A program made the position numbers and the translations under genes. A DNA stretch of 32,000 nucleotides from positions 1,080,001-1,112,000 of the forward strand of contig NC_017080.1 in NCBI RefSeq assembly GCF_000284115.1. Reading direction: 5' to 3'. The notes under the pieces are model-generated. The model was given only the letters and a program-made list of their open reading frames with translations, was not told where the DNA came from and did not search any database. Source of the stretch: Phycisphaera mikurensis NBRC 102666. GTDB taxonomy: Bacteria > Planctomycetota > Phycisphaerae > Phycisphaerales > Phycisphaeraceae. The stretch's first letter is position 1. Each line of letters begins with the position of its first letter. Below are positions 25,257 to 32,000 of the stretch, in pieces.

Positions 25257-25272
25257 TAGGAAACGTTTCCTA
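25257..25272. promoter_or_regulatory. Perfect 16-bp palindrome TAGGAAACGTTTCCTA, a LacI/GalR-type operator candidate
   Basis: It is its own reverse complement and has the AAACGTTT core typical of LacI-family operators. It lies in the divergent region between the PEP-CTERM operon start (25193, -) and the GH32/68-like gene start (25385, +). Confidence 0.6.
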
Positions 25273-25384
25273 AGCTGACAAGGCGGCTGTTGCAGATATT
25301 TGAAGCGATCGCTCGGCCGCTCGTGTCCGCCGCTTTAATTCATCGTCCGAGGCGTCGCGTTCGGCTCCCGGAGCCGTCGCCACC

Positions 25385-26290
25385 ATGCTCCGCATCCCCG
25401 ACCGGCTCATCGGCGACGCCTGGTTCTTCCCCGGGCGTGAGGTCGTCCACGCCTACTTCCTCACGTGCGATGCCAGCCTGCCGCGGCACGAGCACTGGAG
25501 CATCGGGCACGCCGTCAGCGGCGACCTCGTCCGCTGGAACGACCTTGGCATCTGCCTCCGCGGCGGGGGCCCCGGATCCTGGGACCACAACCTCGCCACC
25601 GGCTCGGTGCTCCGCCACGGCGGCCGCTACTGGATGGCGTACACCGGCCACACGGCGCAGCGGGTGGGTGTCGCGGTCAGCGACGACCTGCACCGCTGGG
25701 AGCGCATCGGATCGGGTCCGGTCAGCGGCATCGACACCCGCTTCTACGAGCCGGTCGGCAGCGGCAGCCGACGCGTGCCGCACTGGCGGGATCCGTTCCT
25801 CTTCGCGTGGGAGGGCTGGGTCTACGCCGCGGTCTGCGCGAGCCGCAACGGCGGGCCGCCGGACCGCCGCGGGACGCTGGGCCTCTCCCGCTCCCGCGAC
25901 CTGCGGACCTGGATCGTGCTTCCACCTCCAGAGGTCGAGGCGGTCGGCCAGGAGCTCGAGTGCCCGCAAGTGGTGGAGCGGGGAGGCCGCTGGCACCTGC
26001 TCTTCAGCAGCGCACCGTCCTTCTTCCCGGCGGCGCACCTCGCTCGCCACCCGGCCGTCGCGGCGGGGCCGAACCTCTACGCCATGGCGGCGCCGACGCC
26101 GCTGGGCCCGTTCCGCATGTTGCGCAAGAACCCGGTGCTGCCCCCGGGCGCTCCATACGCCTGCCAGCTGGTCCGCTGGCGCGGCCGGGATGTCCTGCTC
26201 GGCACGCACCCCGAGCAAGGCGGCGACGGCGGATCGATCAGCGACCCGATCGCGGTCGTGGCCGACGCGGAGGGCATCCGGCCGAGCTGA
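25385..26290 (+). CDS. Clan GH-J (GH32/GH68-like) five-bladed beta-propeller glycoside hydrolase
   Basis: 301 aa. IGDAWFF (candidate nucleophile Asp, DxW as in GH68), HWRDPF (RDP motif) and QELECPQV (EC acid/base motif of GH32). No signal peptide seen. Confidence 0.65.
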   Translation: MLRIPDRLIGDAWFFPGREVVHAYFLTCDASLPRHEHWSIGHAVSGDLVRWNDLGICLRGGGPGSWDHNLATGSVLRHGGRYWMAYTGHTAQRVGVAVSDDLHRWERIGSGPVSGIDTRFYEPVGSGSRRVPHWRDPFLFAWEGWVYAAVCASRNGGPPDRRGTLGLSRSRDLRTWIVLPPPEVEAVGQELECPQVVERGGRWHLLFSSAPSFFPAAHLARHPAVAAGPNLYAMAAPTPLGPFRMLRKNPVLPPGAPYACQLVRWRGRDVLLGTHPEQGGDGGSISDPIAVVADAEGIRPS

Positions 26291-26299
26291 TCCCCGACC

Positions 26300-26343
26300 C
26301 GCGGACCGCGACGCGGTTCACTCTGCCGCGGCCGCGGTCCGCG
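26300..26343. repeat. CCGCGGACC-type palindromic element after the GH32/68-like gene
   Basis: CGCGGACCGCG (26300..26310) pairs with CGCGGTCCGCG (26333..26343): an 11-bp stem with a 22-nt loop, 10 nt after the stop. Confidence 0.55.
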
Positions 26344-27014
26344 CCCGCCGCTGCCGGCGTCGCGAGGGTCGGGGTGCTGGAGGATCCCCACCTCGTTCTG
26401 CATCTCGCGGATCGAATCCGGCGCCGCTTCGCCGGCGAACCGCAGGGTGAGGAACTCCAGCGGTGAGCCGATCGCCTCCAGCCGCACGCCCCGCACCGGC
26501 TGCAGCACCGAAGGGGCGGCGCCGCGCTCCGGGTCCACGCGGCGTCCCTCCCGGTGCAGCCGGAACCGGCCGCGGTCCGCGACACCTCCGGCATCCTCAT
26601 GCTCGGCGAGACCGACGGCGACCTCCCGGCGGGGGTCGCCGTCTCCAACATCGGGAGCGTCGACGGCCGGCTCGGCGCGGCGCGGAGTGGCTCCTTCACC
26701 CGCGGCAACGGACAACGCCCCGACGCTGCCGGGCTTCCGGCACGGCGGGAGCCCCGGTCCGATCCTGCCGTCGGCGCTCCACCCCGGCTGGATCACCGCC
26801 GGCTCCGCCGCAAACATGTCCATCATGGACGGCCACGGCGAAGCGACGACACCCCAGCGGCTCGTCGACGACAGCGGCCGGGGCGCCGACGAGCAGGGCT
26901 CGCCTTGGCGGTGGTGGCAGAACGCGCCCGCCCCCGCAGGATCCCGCGCCGCGGACCGCCGACGCCGCGGACCCGAGCCTTCCCCTCGCGTACCTCCGGC
27001 CTTCTGATCGCCTC

Positions 27015-28811
27015 ATGCAAGCCTTCCGCCTCTTCCGCAGCTTCCTGGTTCTTTGCACCGTCGCCGCGTCGCCGGCGCTGGCCGCGCCGCACACCGCCGA
27101 GCTGCTCGTCGCCGACGCGGACGCCACCGCCTTCGAGCTCGGCGGGGAGGCGTCGGGCTCGTCCACGGCGGTGCGGGTGGAGGCGACGGGTCAGCCGCAC
27201 GCGCAGGCGCTCCGCGTGGCGGTGCCCGAGGCGGTGAGCCCGCGCTGGGCGGTCCAGGTCACCCACACGGTCGACGCTCCGATCCGCGCGGGCGACGCCC
27301 TGCTCGCGACCTTCTGGCTGCGGTGCGTCGAGTCGACGACCGGCGAGGGGCAGGTGCGATTCGACTTCGAGATGAACGCTGAGCCGCACGAAAAATCGCT
27401 GTCGCAGGTGCTCTACGCCCCCGCCGGTTGGAAGCGGTTCCAGCTCCCCTTCGAGGCCGGCCGCGACTTCCCCGCCGGCGGCTCGCAGGCGGCCTTCCAG
27501 GTCGCCTTCCTCCGGCAGACCGTCGAGCTCGGCGGCTTCACGCTGGAGAACTTCGGGCAGGGCGTCTCGGCGGACGAGCTGCCCAGGACCCGCCGGACCT
27601 ACCCCGGCATGGCCGAGGACGCACCATGGCGGGCCGAGGCGGCTTCGCGGATCGACCGGATCCGCAAAGCCGACCTCACCGTGACCGTCGTCGACGCGGA
27701 CGGCGAACCCGTGGAGGGCGCCGCAGTCGCGGTGGAGATGACCGGCCACGCCTTCCCGTTCGGCAGCGCCGTCACCTCGGAGTGGCTCACGCGAGAGGAC
27801 GCAGAAGGCGAGCGGTACCGCGAGCTGGTCGACCGCCTTTTCAGCGAGGTCGTTCTTGAGAGCGACCTCAAGTGGACCAGCGAGGGCTGGCTCCCGCTGG
27901 GTCGGATCGACGCCGCTCTCGCCTGGTTGGCGTCCAGGGGCAAGCCCGTCCGCGGCCACTGCCTGGTCTGGCCGGGCTGGCCGTACGTGCCCGACCGGAT
28001 CGAGGCGCTCGCCGACGATCCCGCCGCGCTCGCAGCGGCGGTCGAGCAGCGGATCCGCTCGGCGGCGTCGCGCTACGCGGGCCGCGTCGTCGACTGGGAC
28101 GTCGTGAACGAGCCGCACACCAACCACGACCTCCAGGACCTCCTCGGCCCCGGAGCGCTCGCGGATTGGTTCCGCCTCGCCCGCGCGGCCGACCCCGACG
28201 CGGTGCTCTACCTCAACGACTACGGGCAGCTCACCGCCGGCGAGCGGGAGACCCCGCACCAGCAGGCCCACCTCGACCACATCGCCCACCTGCTGGAGGT
28301 CGGTGCCCCGTTGGGCGGCATCGGGCTGCAGGGCCACTTCTCGGCGGAGCTGACGGCGCCGACCACGCTCTGGAGAATCCTCGACCGCTTCGCGGGCTTC
28401 GGCTTGCCGATCAAGGTCACCGAGTTCGACCTGAACTTCGACGACCCCGAGCTGCAGGCGGCGTACCTCCGCGACTTCTTCACCGCGATGTTCAGCCACG
28501 AGGCCGTCGACGGCGTGCTGATGTGGGGCTTCTGGGAGAAGGCCCACTGGCGGCCGCAGGCGGCGCTCTACAACGCCGACTTCAGCCCGCGGCCGCTGGG
28601 CACCGCCTACGAGGAGCTGATCCTCGGCGACTGGTGGACCGACGAGGCCGCCACCACCGGCGCGGACGGGACGGCCACGGTCCGCGGCTTCCTCGGCGGG
28701 CACCGCGTCACCGCCACGCACGGCGGGGTCACGCGGACGGCGGCCGCCGAGCTGACCGCGGGTGGCGGCGGCGTCGAGATCCGGCTGCCCCGGGACGCGG
28801 CGGGCGGATGA
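27015..28811 (+). CDS. Secreted GH10 glycoside hydrolase (xylanase family) with an N-terminal CBM4_9/CBM22-like module and a C-terminal beta-sandwich tail
   Basis: ATG 27015. Signal peptide MQAFRLFRSFLVLCTVAASPALAAP. GH10 motifs RGHCLVWPGW, WDVVNEP (acid/base Glu), GIGLQGH and IKVTEFD (nucleophile Glu). The upstream part of the 782-aa ORF is Arg/Pro junk. Confidence 0.85.
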   Translation: MQAFRLFRSFLVLCTVAASPALAAPHTAELLVADADATAFELGGEASGSSTAVRVEATGQPHAQALRVAVPEAVSPRWAVQVTHTVDAPIRAGDALLATFWLRCVESTTGEGQVRFDFEMNAEPHEKSLSQVLYAPAGWKRFQLPFEAGRDFPAGGSQAAFQVAFLRQTVELGGFTLENFGQGVSADELPRTRRTYPGMAEDAPWRAEAASRIDRIRKADLTVTVVDADGEPVEGAAVAVEMTGHAFPFGSAVTSEWLTREDAEGERYRELVDRLFSEVVLESDLKWTSEGWLPLGRIDAALAWLASRGKPVRGHCLVWPGWPYVPDRIEALADDPAALAAAVEQRIRSAASRYAGRVVDWDVVNEPHTNHDLQDLLGPGALADWFRLARAADPDAVLYLNDYGQLTAGERETPHQQAHLDHIAHLLEVGAPLGGIGLQGHFSAELTAPTTLWRILDRFAGFGLPIKVTEFDLNFDDPELQAAYLRDFFTAMFSHEAVDGVLMWGFWEKAHWRPQAALYNADFSPRPLGTAYEELILGDWWTDEAATTGADGTATVRGFLGGHRVTATHGGVTRTAAAELTAGGGGVEIRLPRDAAGG

Positions 28812-28862
28812 GGCTCCGGGCGCAGCCCGTGCGTGGAGCGTCCGCGGGCCCGCCGCTGCGGG

Positions 28863-30803
28863 TCAGTCGATCTTCAGCTCCCCGTTCTCCCCGCGGACGT
28901 GGAGACGCTCGCCGCCGGCGGTGACGCGGAGGCCGCCGCTCCCGTCGGGCTCCGCGGTGTCGGCGGCGTCGCCGATCAGCCAGACGCTCAGCCACGCGAC
29001 GCCGCGCGTGCCAGCCGCCTCGAGCTGCACATACTCCTCGTGTTTCTGCTCGAGCTTCTCGCCGGTGCGGGCGGTGTCGAAGGGCGGCGCCCAGGCGTGG
29101 CGGCCGGCGGTGGCGGCGAAGGGTCCGGCCGAGAGCAGGTGGCCGGTCACCGGCTGCCCGCCGGCCTCGGTGGCGACCACGGCGTGCCGGTCGGTGCGGG
29201 TGGCGAGCCCGGCGCCGTCGGGCAGGTGCCAGCGGAGGCGGACCCGCTCGGCCCCCGGCAGCTCGGCGGCGTCGAGCACGGCGACGACACCGGGTCGGAG
29301 GTGGGCGACCTGCCGGGTGACGCGGCGGTCGCCCCCGTAGGCGGCGGAGAGGTCCAGGGCGAAGCGGGCCGCTTCGGGGGCATTCTCGAAGCTCGCGACC
29401 GATCCGGCTCCGCCGCGCCGCATCCCCCCCAGCGGGTCGTCGTCCCCGCCGAAGAACAGCAGGTTGTGGCCGCGCGGGGCGTCGGTGTAGTAGCGGGGGC
29501 GGTCCGCGGAGAAGTAGTCGCGCGGGTAGCTCGGCTTGCCGAGGTCGTGGAGGACGCGGTGCGGCCCGACGTCCAGCGTGAGGTTGCCGGCGTCGTGGTC
29601 GGCGTGGTTGCTCTCGCGGCCGGCCTTGGCGGCGACGACCACGTCGGTGGAGGCGGGCGAGAGGTCCCAGCCGGTGCGGCTGACGACGATCGCCCCCTCG
29701 TCGCGGTACGCGGTCGCCAGCGGGAGCGCCTCGCCGGGATCCTCGGGCGGGAGCGACGCGTCGAGCCAGCCGAGCTCCCGCGGGTTGACCCGCTCCCGAG
29801 GGTCGCGGAGGCGGCGGTCCGCGTGGGTGAGGTAGAGCCACTGGACCACGCCGTCACGCGCCGCCGCGGCCACGGCGGCGGCGTAGACGCTGCGGCCGGG
29901 ACGCTCCGGCCGGCTGTCCCCGAAGGCGACGAGCCGGCCGGGGGCCAGCGTCACCCAGAGGTTCCACCGGGCCGTCGCGGCGAGCCGGCCGACGGCGGCT
30001 TCCATCGCGGCGCGGCGGGCGGCGTCGGGCTCGCGCGGAGCGCAGAAGCTGATCCACCAGACCAGGGCGTCGAGGTCTTCGACGTAGCCGGGGGCCTCGT
30101 TGAAGCTGCCGTCGGCCCCGAGCTTCTCGGGGAAGGCGAGCATCTTCTCCGCGGCGTACGCCCGCACCTCCTCGCCGCGGGGGTGCTCGTCGCCCAGGGC
30201 CGCGGCGACCATGCCGGCCCCGCCGACGATGCGGAGCGTCCAGTTGGTGCCTGCGTCGAGGAACCAGCTGTCCTTCTCGACGCTGGCGAGGAAGGGCTGC
30301 ATGACCTTGCGGTCGAGCCCCTCGCGGAAGGCCGCGCGTCGCTCGGGGGAGAGGTCCGCTTCGAGGCGGACCCACGCGACGGCCAGCGCTGCCCCCAGGT
30401 CGCCGGTGCGGAGCCCGGCGGGGTCGCCTTGGTGGGCGAGGTCGCGCCAGTCGGGCCAGAGGCCCTCGTCGAAGAGGGCTTCGATCTGCCTCCAGGCCTC
30501 TTCGAGGTGAGTGGGGTCTCCCTCGGCGGCGAACAGCTCGCTGAAGACGAGGATCCGGTCGGCGACGCGGTCCACCAGCCTGCCCTCGCGGTTGCCGATC
30601 TCCGACTGCCTCGGCGTCCGCCAGGGCGCCACGGTCTGCGGCGTGTAGACCGGCTCGCCGGCGAGGCCCGCGGCCTCGGCCCGCATCGCCTCCAGCAGCG
30701 CGCCGCGGACCGCGGCCGGATCCGGCACCCCGGCGGCTTGATCCGCGGCGTGGACCAGCGAGAGCAGCGAAAGCGTCAGGGCGGCGAGCGGGCGGAGCGT
30801 CAT
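28863..30803 (-). CDS. Secreted heparinase II/III-like polysaccharide lyase family protein
   Basis: ATG 30803. Signal peptide MTLRPLAALTLSLLSLVHAAD. N-terminal alpha/alpha-toroid-like region. C-terminal NHADHDAGNLTLD and PRGHNLLFFGG are typical of the heparinase II/III (alginate-lyase-like) family. Confidence 0.75.
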   Translation of the reverse strand: MTLRPLAALTLSLLSLVHAADQAAGVPDPAAVRGALLEAMRAEAAGLAGEPVYTPQTVAPWRTPRQSEIGNREGRLVDRVADRILVFSELFAAEGDPTHLEEAWRQIEALFDEGLWPDWRDLAHQGDPAGLRTGDLGAALAVAWVRLEADLSPERRAAFREGLDRKVMQPFLASVEKDSWFLDAGTNWTLRIVGGAGMVAAALGDEHPRGEEVRAYAAEKMLAFPEKLGADGSFNEAPGYVEDLDALVWWISFCAPREPDAARRAAMEAAVGRLAATARWNLWVTLAPGRLVAFGDSRPERPGRSVYAAAVAAAARDGVVQWLYLTHADRRLRDPRERVNPRELGWLDASLPPEDPGEALPLATAYRDEGAIVVSRTGWDLSPASTDVVVAAKAGRESNHADHDAGNLTLDVGPHRVLHDLGKPSYPRDYFSADRPRYYTDAPRGHNLLFFGGDDDPLGGMRRGGAGSVASFENAPEAARFALDLSAAYGGDRRVTRQVAHLRPGVVAVLDAAELPGAERVRLRWHLPDGAGLATRTDRHAVVATEAGGQPVTGHLLSAGPFAATAGRHAWAPPFDTARTGEKLEQKHEEYVQLEAAGTRGVAWLSVWLIGDAADTAEPDGSGGLRVTAGGERLHVRGENGELKID

Positions 30804-30920
30804 GGCGGAGCGGATCCTGAGAAAGCGGGAATCTATGGGTGGTTCATCGCAACGTATCGCCGCAAGCCGCGGCGACTCGCCGCTCCCGGCGACGCCATCG
30901 GACGCGCGGGAGGGCAGCCC

Positions 30921-30967
30921 CCGCGGACCGTCCGCGGCCGGGGCGGAAGCCGCCCACGGTCCGCGGT
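30921..30967. repeat. CCGCGGACC-type palindromic element downstream of the second GH10 gene
   Basis: CCGCGGACCGT (30921..30931) pairs with ACGGTCCGCGG (30957..30967): an 11-bp stem. The loop holds a nested GGCGG-AAG-CCGCC hairpin. It lies 59 nt past the stop at 31026 on the - strand. Confidence 0.55.
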
Positions 30968-31025
30968 GCCGGCACGCGGCCGAGGACCCGCTGGCGATCG
31001 GGATCGACGCGGGCGTCCCTCGGGT

Positions 31026-32000
31026 TCAGGGGGTCGGATCCGCACGGAGGCGGAGCTTCGTCCCGCCCGCGGGCAGGTCGACCTCGCGGGTGATCCGCGT
31101 GCCGCCGGGCAGCGTCGCCTCGACGCGGTGGCGGCCGAGGAAGCCGCGGACCGTCGCGCGGCCGTCGGCGTCGGCGGCGACCCGCTCGTCGGTGTGCCAG
31201 GCTCCGTGGATGAGCGAGAGCGCGGCGCGGCCGGTGGGCGAGGGGGACCAGTCCTCCTCGAAGACGGCGGCGTCGGGCATCCAGGGCTTGCTGCCGGCGT
31301 GGAAGTTCCAGAAGATGAAGGCCTGCATCTGGGGCTTGCTGAAGGCGGCGGTCATGAAGTCGCGGACGTAGGCCTCGGTCAGCTGCGGGTCGTCGGTGAC
31401 GACGTCGAACTCGGTGACCTGGTAGCCGACGCCGAGGCCGTCGTAGGAGGAGAGGATCTCCAGCACCTTCTCCGGCGGGGTGAGCCCGCTGCCCATGTGC
31501 GACTGGAAGCCGATCGCGTCGATCGGGGCGCCGGCGGCCATCGCGTCCTGCACGAGGTCGTGGACGAATCGCTGCTTCACGGCGTTGGTGCCGTTCTGGC
31601 CCAGCAGCGCGAAGTCGTTGTAGATCAGCGTCGCGTCGGGCGCGCCGGCGCGGGCCCGCTTGAACCAGGCGGCGACCTCCTCGTCGCCGAGCAGCTTCAG
31701 GAACTCGTTCTGGTTAAACGCCTCGTTGACCACGTCCCACGTGTCCACGAGGCCGGCGGTGCGGGAGAGGATGTCGTCGATGTGGTTGTCCACGCGGCTG
31801 CGGAGCAGCTCGGGGTCGTCCTGCGCGGCGGCCCAGAGCTCCTCGGCGTCGGCCACGCGGAACTTCTCCAGCCCCGGCCACACCAGCACGTGGCCGTGGA
31901 CCCGCATCCCCATCTTGTTCAGGCCGCGCAGCGTGGTCATCGCCACCTCGGGCTCGCTCTCCCAGCGGCTCCACTTGAGCGCATTCTCGATGGATGCGGT
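31026..32000 (-). CDS. GH10 glycoside hydrolase, paralog of 27015..28811 (5' end lies beyond the window)
   Basis: The frame stays open to 32000 (..SIENALKWSRWESEPEVAMTTL..), matching ESDLKWTSEGW of the paralog. Motifs HGHVLVWPG, WDVVNEAF, IGFQSH, QVTEFD. It shares the C-terminal tail ATVRGFLGRHRVEAT. Confidence 0.85.
   Translation of the reverse strand, partial: TASIENALKWSRWESEPEVAMTTLRGLNKMGMRVHGHVLVWPGLEKFRVADAEELWAAAQDDPELLRSRVDNHIDDILSRTAGLVDTWDVVNEAFNQNEFLKLLGDEEVAAWFKRARAGAPDATLIYNDFALLGQNGTNAVKQRFVHDLVQDAMAAGAPIDAIGFQSHMGSGLTPPEKVLEILSSYDGLGVGYQVTEFDVVTDDPQLTEAYVRDFMTAAFSKPQMQAFIFWNFHAGSKPWMPDAAVFEEDWSPSPTGRAALSLIHGAWHTDERVAADADGRATVRGFLGRHRVEATLPGGTRITREVDLPAGGTKLRLRADPTP

Noticed and set aside
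26077-26826. 249-aa - strand ORF as a real gene
   Set aside because: It would overlap the 3' end of the convergent GH32/68-like gene by 214 nt. Its C-terminal third is Arg/Pro junk, and its third-position GC drops to about 73% (hand count) in 26554..26700. I kept it as part of the ambiguous-gap finding rather than as a feature.
30703-30717. CCGCGGACCGCGGCC inside the lyase CDS (also CGGTCCGCGG at 13108..13117, and copies in the GH10 tails)
   Set aside because: These are unpaired copies inside coding sequence and are explained by preferred codons for Ala-Ala-Val-Arg-Gly (GCC GCG GTC CGC GGC). I did not count them as members of the hairpin family.

Overview
Very GC-rich bacterial chromosomal window (by eye above 70% G+C). 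I support 24 protein-coding genes, one of them truncated at the right edge. I found no rRNA, tRNA, CRISPR array, transposase or integrase. The gene content includes two prepilin-type DUF1559/H-X9-DG proteins, two PEP-CTERM proteins, an 11-Asp-box BNR propeller and several CAZymes, which suggests Planctomycetota, Phycisphaerae-like (inference only). Most of the long ORFs in the six-frame track are Arg/Gly/Pro-rich antisense shadows of the real genes, as expected at this GC content. The layout is as follows. (1) 109-7752: a three-module AlkP-like/TPR/sulfotransferase protein, a PEP-CTERM protein, an M42-like metallopeptidase, an MFS transporter and a DUF1559 pseudopilin-like protein. (2) 7868-19310: a catabolic supercluster around an IclR regulator. 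It contains an OCD/mu-crystallin protein, an aminotransferase, a DgcN-like DUF1611 protein, a DgcA-like epimerase, a possible DUF1338/VOC-fold enzyme, an SMP-30 lactonase, an alpha/beta hydrolase, RidA, an RraA-like protein and an FAH-family protein. Its promoter regions share GGAA/TTCC-type inverted repeats. (3) 19800-32000: a polysaccharide-utilisation-like locus. It contains a LacI regulator, a BNR/GH74-like propeller with a CBM-like tail, a DUF1559 protein, a PEP-CTERM protein, a GH32/68-clan hydrolase, two paralogous GH10 enzymes and a heparinase II/III-like lyase. A perfect 16-bp LacI-type palindrome sits in its central divergent promoter. The most unusual non-genic signals are three. 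First, a 140-bp tandem repeat (2 near-identical units plus a decaying third) between the FAH and LacI genes, with 26-nt terminal inverted repeats that each also fold into their own 7-bp hairpin. Second, a family of CCGCGGACC...GGTCCGCGG hairpin elements at six gene 3' ends, two of which carry the stop codon in the loop. Third, a 724-bp unassigned gap upstream of the first GH10 gene whose codon-periodicity phase shifts. All functional calls rest on motif recognition by eye; no database search was run.
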